DNA of 64,000 nt from an uncultured Verrucomicrobiae bacterium (GTDB lineage: Bacteria; Verrucomicrobiota; Verrucomicrobiia; Chthoniobacterales; JAFAMB01). A program made the position numbers and the translations under genes. Location: contig CAWEXO010000005.1 in the NCBI GenBank assembly GCA_963813025.1, forward strand, positions 160,001 through 224,000, read 5' to 3'. The notes beneath the pieces are model-generated. The model was not told the DNA's origin. It did no database searches and saw only the letters and a list, made by a program, of their open reading frames with translations. Positions 55,019 to 64,000 of the stretch are shown one piece after another (the first letter of the stretch is position 1; the number at the start of each line of letters is the position of its first letter).

Positions 55019-56011
55019 GTGAAGGTTGCCATCGCTGGACTGGGCAACATCGGAAAGCGCTGGGCCGAAGTGCTCAACCAGGCACCGGACGTTGAGCTGG
55101 CTGTATTAGTTGATCCGCTGGTCGGCATGCCAGAGGTTTTCCCATGGCTGGCGCGATATCCGGACATTCCTCAGGTACAAACGATTGACGTGCTCTTGGA
55201 CTTTGATGTTGACGCCTTGGTGGTTACAGCCTCTTCGCCGGCGCACGCTGAGATCGTCCAACGCGCTTTGGAGCTTGGGCTTCACGTGCTCGTAGAAAAA
55301 CCTTTCGCGACCCAAATTTCGGATGCGGAGGCGCTTGTTGCATTGGCTCGCGCCAAAGGACGGATTCTTATGGTGAGTCAAAACTATCGGTTCTTTCCAG
55401 GACCGCAGACTCTGCAATCAATTGGAAGGAATGGTGAGCTCGGAGCAGTGCGAGCGGTAATTGGACAGTTCTGGTATGCCTGGCCCGGGAGAGCCTACCA
55501 ACACCAAATGATGCATCCTATGGGGCTTGAAATGGCCGTCCATCATTTTGATCTCGTGCGCGCAATGTTCGATGCAAATGCAGTTTCCGGACAGGTGCAA
55601 GAATGGAATCCTGAGAGGAGTCCATATCGGATGGGCGGTGCGTTGGAAGCGCTGTTTACGATGGCTAACCAGAGCTCGCTTTTTCCGTTTCTCTACTCTG
55701 GAAGCATTGTTACGCAGAGAACGAGAACGCCTTGGGGCGGATTGTGGCGCTTTGAATTCGACCGAGGCACGGTCATTGCTGACAACATCGATGGACAGTA
55801 TGGCCTCTTCCTGGCTGGTGATGGGCAATACAAACTTCTCTCCGCCTTCGCAGATGAATCTATGGCTTTCGATAAGTCATTCAGCCACTTCCATGACTGC
55901 ATCAAGAATGCCAAGGAAGCTTGGTGCAGCGGAGCTGACAACCTCAATACCTTGCGTATGGTCTTGAGTTTTATCGTTGACGAAACCAAGTACCACTATG
56001 CCAAAGACTGA
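55019..56011 (+). CDS. Gfo/Idh/MocA oxidoreductase
   Basis: [26 protein letters not shown]. Confidence 0.9.
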   Translation: MKVAIAGLGNIGKRWAEVLNQAPDVELAVLVDPLVGMPEVFPWLARYPDIPQVQTIDVLLDFDVDALVVTASSPAHAEIVQRALELGLHVLVEKPFATQISDAEALVALARAKGRILMVSQNYRFFPGPQTLQSIGRNGELGAVRAVIGQFWYAWPGRAYQHQMMHPMGLEMAVHHFDLVRAMFDANAVSGQVQEWNPERSPYRMGGALEALFTMANQSSLFPFLYSGSIVTQRTRTPWGGLWRFEFDRGTVIADNIDGQYGLFLAGDGQYKLLSAFADESMAFDKSFSHFHDCIKNAKEAWCSGADNLNTLRMVLSFIVDETKYHYAKD

Positions 56012-56206
56012 TCAGAAAGAACCAATCGACTCCCGGTCCTGTTCGGTTCGTTGATGGCCTTGCTGACATTTCAAGCCGTGGGCAAGATGGATTTGCTGGC
56101 GGCTTGGAAGATCGTGCTACCGGCAACGCTCGGAATCGCTTTCCAAAAGGGAATGACCACGGTGGGTGCGGTCGGCTCATGACAATTGTTAGCTATTGGA
56201 AATAGA

Positions 56207-57781
56207 ATGAGTGACTTGATTCCCCAAACCGTGTTGCCGCCCAGGGTGGCAATTATTGGAACCGGTCCTGGCGGTCTAGTCACGGCAAAATTCCTAAAAC
56301 AGCACGGATTCGAACCGGTGCTCTTTGAACAAAACGACTCGATCGGTGGCCAATGGAATGCGTGCTCATCTAACAGCGGAGTCTGGCCTTCGATGGTGAC
56401 CAACACGAGCCGGTTGCTAACCTGCTTCAGCGATCTCGCTCCCGAACCTAAGTCGGCGATATTCCCATCCAATCGGGAGATCCTTGCCTATTTGGGGCGC
56501 TATGCAGCGAAGTTCGATATCCTTTCCCGCATTCGCTATAAAACCCGTGTCGAATTGATCGAGCGCGACCCTGCGGGTTGTGGTTGGATGATTAGATCCA
56601 ATGGCACAGAAAAAAGGGCAGAGACATTTCTGTACGTCGTTGTTGCTTCCGGCCGATTTACCAAACCCAGGATTCCGTCCCTGCCCGGACTCAAATCGTT
56701 TTGCGGATCGGGTGGTGTGCTCCACAGCTTTCAATATAAGCACCCAGACACCTTCCGCGGCAAACGGGTGTTGGTGATGGGTTGTGCAATCAGCGCGCTC
56801 GAAATTGCGAGCGACCTCGCGATGCTTGGCGCAACCCGCGTTGTCTCGACCTTCCGCCGCCAACGCTACGTCGTACAAAAGCTGGTGGCCGGGATACCAA
56901 GCGACGCGCTCGGGTTAACTCGATTCGCGGCGCTTAACGCAGAGACCGTTCCACGAGAAGTGCTCGGTAAAGCAATGGAGGACTACATCCTGCGGGTGTT
57001 TGGCACTCCGGAGCAGTTCGGTGCATTGACGCCAGCCGGTAGTTTCTTGAATGTTGGAAGGGCGTTGAGTCAGCACTTCCTGCCCCTCGTAGCCGAGGGC
57101 CGGATTATCGTCAAACCCTGGATCAGCGCTATTCAGGGCCAGGGTGTTCGATTCAGCGATGAAAGTTTCGAAGAATTTGATGCCATTATCTTGGGAACCG
57201 GATTTGAGTTGAGCCTTCCGTTCTTAAGCCCCGCAATCTGCCGCACGCTCAATCTGGACGCGCAAAATGCCGACCTTTACAAATTCACGTTTCACCCGGA
57301 TTTGACTGGTCTGGCCTTCTTGGGCCTTTGGGAGCAAACCGGGCCTTATTTCCCGCCTCTAGAATTGCAGGCCCGCTGGATTTCGTACGTCTGGAGCGGA
57401 ATTCGGCCGCTTCCGCCTCGGGACCAGATGAAGGCCGCAATTGCGGGCTACCAGCCAAAGCGAGAAGGATCGCTGCCGGAATCGATGCATCTAATGGCAC
57501 TGTTGTTTGCGCGTGAAGCGGGCGTCGAACCCGATCTAAAACAGTGGCCGCGGTTGGCCCGCGCACTCCTGTTTGGCCCGCTTTCGGCCGTATCATTTCG
57601 GTTGAGCGGCCCTGACAGTCTCCCTGAAGCAGGAGAACGGATTGGCGCGGAAGCGAAAGAGTTAGGGACGGTCGTCAGCTCCGAGTTCTCAGGCGAACAG
57701 GTCGCGCAACTCCGGACTTTGGCTGCCGCTCGCAAAGAAGCAGCGTTTACCGAATTCGTGGACCGAATCACGAACTCGTAA
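56207..57781 (+). CDS. Flavin-containing monooxygenase (FMO-like)
   Basis: GTGPGG, GGQW, F.G...HSFQYK, D.II.GTGF, ELQARW. Confidence 0.9.
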   Translation: MSDLIPQTVLPPRVAIIGTGPGGLVTAKFLKQHGFEPVLFEQNDSIGGQWNACSSNSGVWPSMVTNTSRLLTCFSDLAPEPKSAIFPSNREILAYLGRYAAKFDILSRIRYKTRVELIERDPAGCGWMIRSNGTEKRAETFLYVVVASGRFTKPRIPSLPGLKSFCGSGGVLHSFQYKHPDTFRGKRVLVMGCAISALEIASDLAMLGATRVVSTFRRQRYVVQKLVAGIPSDALGLTRFAALNAETVPREVLGKAMEDYILRVFGTPEQFGALTPAGSFLNVGRALSQHFLPLVAEGRIIVKPWISAIQGQGVRFSDESFEEFDAIILGTGFELSLPFLSPAICRTLNLDAQNADLYKFTFHPDLTGLAFLGLWEQTGPYFPPLELQARWISYVWSGIRPLPPRDQMKAAIAGYQPKREGSLPESMHLMALLFAREAGVEPDLKQWPRLARALLFGPLSAVSFRLSGPDSLPEAGERIGAEAKELGTVVSSEFSGEQVAQLRTLAAARKEAAFTEFVDRITNS

Positions 57782-57809
57782 GCGAACGCCGGTGGGTTTG
57801 CAGAATGCA

Positions 57810-58400
57810 CAAAGAATGACGCCCACAGGCGGGTTCTCTCCGTCATGAACCCAATACTCTTTAGCATAGTTGAGATAGAGGTGCATTTGCCCCACATCGG
57901 CGTGAGTGAAGCGACCCAGTTTGAGGTCAATCACGACCAAACAACGCAGGCAGCGAGCTGGCGTAATCTGGCAATTCCCTGGCCACCGCTAGAAAGGTCA
58001 GACAGCGTCTGGCCTTTTTCCGCAGAGAGAGGGGTCAGCTGAGAAGCAGATTGGCCAGACACTGTCAGGGCCAATCTGCTTCTCAGGCCAAGTAAGGAAG
58101 AACTTTCGTATGCTCTTCAAATTTGCTAAGCCGAATCCTTTGCCAAATCTGGCGGTCAGATCCGATGCAAGCTTCTTCAGGAGAGCTTCGCCGTATTCAG
58201 CCCTCTTTTTTCCTCGCTGCTCGACCTCCACAATTCGTCGGCCAATCTCCCAATAGGTTGCTGTCATGACGGCATTGACCGACCGAGCTGAAAAGCGGCG
58301 AGCGCTTTCCACGAGGTCAACTAGCTCTGAAACGATTGAATCGTACCCCTCGATAGGGCTGGAAGGCTTCTGAGGAGGCAAACGTTTCGGTAGCACGGGA
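57810..58400 (-). pseudogene. DUF1016/YhcG PDDEXK nuclease, internally deleted
   Basis: N-terminal TYWEIGRRIV..RAEYG..FGKGF followed closely by C-terminal VIDLKLG.F..DVGQM..YLNY..ENPPVGVILC. Confidence 0.8.
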
Positions 58401-58423
58401 TCACTTTCTCTTAAGGGCCGGGT

Positions 58424-59209
58424 CAAAGCCAGGGTCAAATCTCAATATTCAACATTGCCGTGACTTTTCTCAGCTTTGTCCGTAATGCCGGGTCAACCTT
58501 GAGCCTTTTCTCGAACCGTGAAATTGCCGCGTTGACCGCGGCGTACTCCATCCCGCCCGCCAGTTCTCCAAGCTCGCCCAGCCGCAGACCGCCATATCTT
58601 TGGCCCAGATACAGAGCCGCGGGCAACGCTCCATTGCCCCGCTCGGTTGACATCTGATCCCATCTCACCAGCATGCCTCCGGCTCCAAGCTTTGGGCGTC
58701 AACCTTGAGCCGCTCACCCGCACCGGCCCGCCCTTCATGACCCCCGAGTTCTTTCACGCGCACCGGATTAAGGTGGATATAGTGGTTGATAGTCAAAGCC
58801 GCTTTGCTCGAATCGTGGAGCGTGGATTTGAACCTACCTTGGAACAAGGGACCGACTCGCCGCTATCTCCGGTTAAACCAGGCTCCGTTAAGTGAGATTT
58901 AGCCACTGCATGGCTGGACTGAGGTTGGCCTCCAGGGTTTCGAGCTGCAAATGATAATGGTTGCCCATCAGGACATAGCCGTGGATCCGAATGGAGAATC
59001 GAGTTCGGGAACTGACCGAGAAGCTCCAGAAAGAAAACGATTGATCGCCTCGTCCGGAAAGATCGTTCTTCTTTCCACTCCGCGATTGACGACATGGAGC
59101 CATCCGCCGGGGATATTGAGGCGTAGCGCGCGAGCCATCGCAGCCAAACAACTAGCGATTTTGTGTTGGCCAAATCAAGGTTGAAAATTGAGATTTGACC
59201 CTTTGCTGC
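58424..59209 (-). mobile_element. TIR-bounded Y1 transposase element, piece D (both ends, internally deleted, about 770 bp)
   Basis: Left GGGTCAAATCTCAATATTCAACATTG (58432); right end reverse complement GGGTCAAATCTCAATTTTCAACCTTG (to 59201); frameshifted HUH gene inside. Confidence 0.9.
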
Positions 59210-59514
59210 GTGTACGATGATCTAAGTACTGATAGGACCCCTTGACCTAAATCCGCCACTTTCATCGGTGACGTTGCCAGCAACATATAAGGGATGAGTG
59301 ATTCCAACTGCGAATTCAGCGCATTAGGCGTCATCCCTGAACCGCCGAAATTGACCCCATCCTTGAAATGTTTGCTGAGCAATTGCTTTACGATCAGTCG
59401 AAGTTTTCCCAATTGCTGGTCCACTCGTTTAACATCGACAAGCTTGCCCGGCATGAGCGAACCCGCACTCGCAACAGAAAATGCCGCATGATCTTCAGTT
59501 CAATTCCAGAATTT

Positions 59515-60498
59515 AGGTTAAAAGCCTGCAAGCCCGGCCGGATCCTTTGCGAGAAATCCGGGGCATCGCCCGCCTCCTGAGCGCGTTTATTGATTAACGC
59601 TTGAGCCCTGAGCTCCTCAAATGGCAGATCGCCGGCCAGCACACCTCGCTCGTAAAGCATCCGCTCCAAAAAACCGTTTATCAGGATGCGCCAATCCCAT
59701 GGAAACCTGTTGAGCACTTGGATGCAGCACCCAGATGGCGGTTGTGCAGTTCTAGGTGATTACATTATACCAAGCCGGGCGAGCATACAGCTTGTTGAGC
59801 ACGTCGATGAACTCCATGAAACGCACACTAGCCTCGTCCGGAGAAAATCTCAGACGATAGAGGTAAACATCTTCATGGTTGTAATTCGTTCGAAGACGGA
59901 TAACGTCACGCTCATCCGCAGCGACATAGATAAGTGTGAACTGGCGATAAAGGCCAGCCGAGGTGGAAAATCCCTGTCCCTGTTTCAGCCGTTTTTCGAT
60001 CGAAAAGCAGAGGTGTCCTTGCGGTCCGAAGTCGAAAGAGGCAATCGGATGGACTATGAAGGGCACTCCCCAGTAATTGATGAACAGGTCCAGCGCACGG
60101 AGGTTGGCCAGATCGAAATCCCGGGTGTCGTAGCGCGGGGTGAAATCCGTGGCGCTTCGATATTCGAAATTTCGGATATTGTGAACCGTAAAGCGGTCTC
60201 CGTCACGACTGGCGTAAGCGAGGATCGCAACTTGCGGCTGCCAATCGGCATCTTGAGTTGGACGCAACGTCAACCACCAGCAGGTGATGCCTGCAAAACC
60301 GAGGAGAACCAGAATCCTTCCGCGCAACTGCCCGAAAGCGGCGAGCGCTATCGCTCCCGCGGCCCACACCAGCGAAGCGATCGTTCGCACGAGAGAGGGG
60401 CAAGGCAAGTCAAAGTACAGCGCGCCAGCGGCCCAGGCGATGAACAGCGCCCCAATTAAACTGGCAAAAGCGATCAAGACAAAACGGACCACGCGCAT
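59515..60498 (-). pseudogene. DUF4105 (Lnb-like) protein with internal TAG (59752) and frameshift
   Basis: NIRNFEY, H...SFDF, SIE.R, DERDVIRLRTN, WYNVIT*NCTT, DWRILING. Confidence 0.78.
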
Positions 60499-61436
60499 GA
60501 ACAAGCGCGGCCCCCGGGCACGAATAGAGGAAGACAGGACTGAGCCCGGCATATAGAGGCTTCGTTTTCTCTTTATTCAGCTGGATTGCAATCCTTTTAT
60601 ATGTCTTCAGGGCAAACAGTTTTGTCCACCCAGCATGCCCTTTGCATTTGGCTCCAGTTTATGGACTACGGCGTGGCCGCCAGCGAATTTCAGTGGAAAG
60701 GGCTGGATCTGGGCGGGATCCTTAAAGTCCCGATATAGTGACTCCAGAAGGTCGAATTGGCCCGTCTGGGCTCGGGAATAATTCTTTTGCCGAAGTCGCA
60801 CTTAATTTCAGAGTCGGGTGGGTTACGAGTTGCGCTTTGGCTGGTAGAGCCAAAGCTGTAAAGGCGAGGAAGCTAGTCAATATCCATGTCCGTGTCCTAA
60901 CCGGTGGTTTGGCTGTTGCTGTTGAGGCTACCATGTTATCTTAGCCGGCTTTTGAGCAGTGCTTTGATGACCTCTTTGTATTGGTGAGTGGCTGCTTCGT
61001 GCAAGGCAGTATCCTTTAACAACGTTAGAACCGATAGCACCAATTTTGGCAGCCACCCGGCAGGAACGGTATGGAGATTTGGCGGTGGTCTTACGGCAAA
61101 ACTCAGCCAATCATTCTACATCGCGAGGATAGACCCGTGTTAGTAGCGTCGGGTCGCCCGCCCCTACCCTGCCCAGCTTTCAAAAACTACTGGCTTGCGT
61201 CGGCACAAACAAAGGGACCTTGTTTTGTTGGTTGTATTTTGTCAGGTCGGGTCTGCCATATCCCACCAGGACGTCGATGACTTCCTGAGAAATCGCACCG
61301 GCTCCACCCAGGCGGCCCACCACTCACCAACCTTCTTACTCGCGGCGGTCAGCTTCATCTCGCAATTTTGACCGCGTTCGGACTACCCGTCCATGCCTTA
61401 TCGCCTGTCGTGAGCGATATTTGACCTGTCCCTCTT

Positions 61437-62315
61437 TTACTCTCCCGGGCGGCCATTTCCTCGGATCTTCCGTGTCCCCTTTTTCTTCTTCGGCCTCCGC
61501 TTGGTTTGTCTGGTATGACGAGCTGTCCTGCCTGCTGAAGCCCTCTCTCTTTTGCCGTCCGCAGTTTTCGCCGGTTTGCTAGTCTTCGGCCGCATAGACG
61601 GCTCGATCTCGATGCCGAAGACGTCTTCAAGGCTCTCTTCCGCCAATGTTCCCGACCTGTCTGGAGAGGTCAGGACATCGGAGGTTACACTTTCCGCTGC
61701 CTGGCTGATGAGTTCAAGATGGTCAGCCCCACGAAGCAAAAAAAGTAGTTCGGGGTTTTCGTCCAGGCGCGTACCGACCGCGTAGAGCGTTGCCGCAACG
61801 TGTTTGCACATTTCGGCCCAGTCGGGGCACGAGCAATTCAGCCCGATTTCGATCGGCTTGGGGAACAAGCCCGTGTCTCGACGGGTCATGATCTCCATGA
61901 CGTGCGTGGAGAGCCGCCCCTGCAAGAGGTCCAGGAGGGAGCCCACGCGGCCGGCGCATTCCGTTTTCAGCGCTTGCCAGGCGTGCGGGTTAACCGGATC
62001 GATATTGATTTTGATTCGGTAAAGGTCACTTCCACTCACGAGCGCGCTCACGACTCCGGGAGCAATGTGCAGATCGATGACCGAACCGTTCCGAACGTAA
62101 CTGCGACCGCGCGGGAGCCGGTTGGCATAATCGCTGTACGATTCGAGGTTAGAGCACCAGGCGTTGCCCCAGAAGCTCCTGGCAATCATCCGACCTTGGA
62201 TGCGGACTGGACTCAATTTTTGCCCCTTTCTTTCGCAAGCTTCTTCTGCTTTCTGCGAACGGCGACGCTTTGCGGCAGCGCTCACATACGATCGGAAGGA
62301 CCATCCCCAGCTCAT
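61437..62315 (-). CDS. SWIM zinc-finger protein
   Basis: RLPRGRSYVRNG, CSCPDWAEMCKH; basic C-terminal tail. Confidence 0.9.
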   Translation of the reverse strand: MSWGWSFRSYVSAAAKRRRSQKAEEACERKGQKLSPVRIQGRMIARSFWGNAWCSNLESYSDYANRLPRGRSYVRNGSVIDLHIAPGVVSALVSGSDLYRIKINIDPVNPHAWQALKTECAGRVGSLLDLLQGRLSTHVMEIMTRRDTGLFPKPIEIGLNCSCPDWAEMCKHVAATLYAVGTRLDENPELLFLLRGADHLELISQAAESVTSDVLTSPDRSGTLAEESLEDVFGIEIEPSMRPKTSKPAKTADGKRERASAGRTARHTRQTKRRPKKKKGTRKIRGNGRPGE

Positions 62316-62337
62316 TTAATTATCACCAACGCTTCAC

Positions 62338-64000
62338 TCACTCCTGCGCGGCGGTTTTGAGGTCAAGAGCGACAAAACGCAACAATTCCTCATCCGGCAT
62401 TTCTGTCAGCAGGTTTTGCTCGCCGCCCTCAAGCAACTCCGCTGCTAGACTCTTCTTTTCCTCGATCAGGTTGTTGATTCGTTCCTCAACCGTGCCCCGA
62501 CAAACAAACTTGTGCACCAAAACGTTTTTCTTTTGTCCGATGCGGAAAGCGCGATCGGTGGCCTGGTTTTCAACGGCTGGATTCCACCAACGATCGAAGT
62601 GGATCACGTGAGAAGCGGCGGTGAGGTTCAACCCTGTCCCGCCAGCTTTCAACGAAAGGACGAAGAACGGAGGCCCGGTGTCCTCCTGAAAGTGCTCCAC
62701 CAGTCGTTGACGCACTTTTACGGCGGTGCTGCCGTGCAGGATCAGGCCGGACCGCCCAAAAATGCGCTGCAGATGATTCGCAAGCGGTTCGGTCATTTCT
62801 TTGAACTGGGTGAAAATCAGCGCTTTCTCCTGTCGGGCGCCGATCTCTTCACTCAGCTCGGACAGCCGCGCAAACTTTCCGCTCCCGGAGGGATCGAAGA
62901 CGCCGTCGCCGAGCCAATGCGAGGGATGATTGCAGATCTGTTTCAACCGGATCAGGAACGCCAGGATCAGTCCACGCCGCTGGATACCGGTCACGCTCTC
63001 GAGCTTTTCGGCTAATTCCTTAACCGACTGTTCGTAAAGAGCTGCCTGCGCTTTGCTCAACACGCACCAAGCTGCTACTTCGGTCTTGTCCGGTAAATCG
63101 CTGATAACGTTCTTGTCGGTTTTAAGCCGCCGCAAGATGTAGGGCCGGGTAAGATTGCGTAACGGCGCGAAATGACGGACGTGATCATCGCTCAGACGCT
63201 TGATTGTTTGCCCAAATTCACCGGCGCTGCCTAGCAATCCGGGACAGATGAAATCGAACAGCGACCAGAGATCGCCCAGCCGGTTCTCGATCGGTGTACC
63301 TGTGAGCGCGATCCGTGCCTGTGCACGCAGCTCCTTCACCGTCCGTGTTTGTCGAGCCTCCGGGTTCTTGATAGCCTGCGCTTCATCGAGCACAACCAGC
63401 CGCCACTCGGCTTGTCTCAAAGATGGCAACCGCGCTAGCAAACCATAGGTCGTTACTACGAGATCTTTCCCGGACAGTTTGCTCGCCGGATCAGTGACGA
63501 TTTCTTTGAACCGTTGGGGTGGCGTTTCCGAAGGATGAACGAAAAAGACCTCCAGCGCCGGAGCAAATCGAGCGATCTCGCTTTTCCAGTTGGCCAGGAG
63601 AGAAGCTGGTGCGACGAGCAGGGATGGCGAAACGGCTTGGGAACCAACGGATTCCCGCTTGAGTTGCAACAGCAGAGCCAGAGTCTGAATCGTTTTGCCA
63701 AGCCCCATATCATCAGCCAGACAGGCGCCCAACCCGAGCCTGGACATAAACCAGAGCCAGCGGACCCCCTTGGATTGGTAGCCACGCAACTGCGCGCATA
63801 GATCCCGGCCCGGATCGAATCCGTCGATCAGCGACGGGTCGCGCATCGCGCCCAACATTTTGCGCAACCATTCGCCCGGTACGACCTCCGACCAGGCCCG
63901 AGTTTCTGCCTGCGCCAAGGGGTCACCTTCTTTGATGCGCCCAACTCCGGCCAGTAACCGCATCCCTTCGAGAAACGAGATGTCGCCACCGGATCTCTCG
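62338..64000 (-). CDS. SNF2-family helicase (5' part outside window)
   Basis: LADDMGLGKT, DEAQ, ALTGTPIEN, LRRLK, SLKAGGTGLNL, WWNPAVENQATDRAFRIGQ. Confidence 0.95.
   Translation of the reverse strand, partial: ERSGGDISFLEGMRLLAGVGRIKEGDPLAQAETRAWSEVVPGEWLRKMLGAMRDPSLIDGFDPGRDLCAQLRGYQSKGVRWLWFMSRLGLGACLADDMGLGKTIQTLALLLQLKRESVGSQAVSPSLLVAPASLLANWKSEIARFAPALEVFFVHPSETPPQRFKEIVTDPASKLSGKDLVVTTYGLLARLPSLRQAEWRLVVLDEAQAIKNPEARQTRTVKELRAQARIALTGTPIENRLGDLWSLFDFICPGLLGSAGEFGQTIKRLSDDHVRHFAPLRNLTRPYILRRLKTDKNVISDLPDKTEVAAWCVLSKAQAALYEQSVKELAEKLESVTGIQRRGLILAFLIRLKQICNHPSHWLGDGVFDPSGSGKFARLSELSEEIGARQEKALIFTQFKEMTEPLANHLQRIFGRSGLILHGSTAVKVRQRLVEHFQEDTGPPFFVLSLKAGGTGLNLTAASHVIHFDRWWNPAVENQATDRAFRIGQKKNVLVHKFVCRGTVEERINNLIEEKKSLAAELLEGGEQNLLTEMPDEELLRFVALDLKTAAQE

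Noticed and set aside
11376..59754. Stop-codon reassignment suggested by in-frame TAG/TGA (vapC, ligase fragment, DUF4105)
   Set aside because: TAG and TGA end many normal genes here, and the ligase and DUF4105 remnants carry other lesions.
35030..64000. Intact prophage or ICE
   Set aside because: No structural, replication or conjugation genes, the integrase is broken, and no attR was found.

Overview
Bacterial chromosome segment. Gene content and repeat style suggest a Verrucomicrobia/Chthoniobacterales-like soil organism (inference). Positions 1-35,030 are mostly core genes: pgpH-like HD protein, phoH, heptose kinase, gmhB, kdsB, pyrG, TonB-ExbBD-def, amidase, a two-component system with HtrA, tlyA-nadK-PTS IIA, LOG, aroF, an ACP/halogenase/acyltransferase/LolA group and tRNA-Gln(CTG). 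This half is dotted with GTAG-type REP/REPIN elements and short heptamer repeats. It also holds an intact RAYT (Y1 HUH transposase) inside about 15 REP units, with internally deleted RAYT derivatives nearby and about 19 kb away. After the tRNA is a decayed mosaic island. It contains integrase, ligase and SRAP remnants, an IS256 nested in an ISNCY/IS5-like element, GH85, a sugar ABC/LacI cluster, FMO and SWIM+SNF2. It also has four pieces of a second Y1 transposase family that carries a C-terminal HTH and is bounded by terminal inverted repeats; two pieces appear to bracket about 8 kb of cargo. A rod-like 6S-RNA-type candidate lies near 13.8 kb. Many single-base frameshifts could be sequencing error. 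All family calls come from motif recognition, not database searches.
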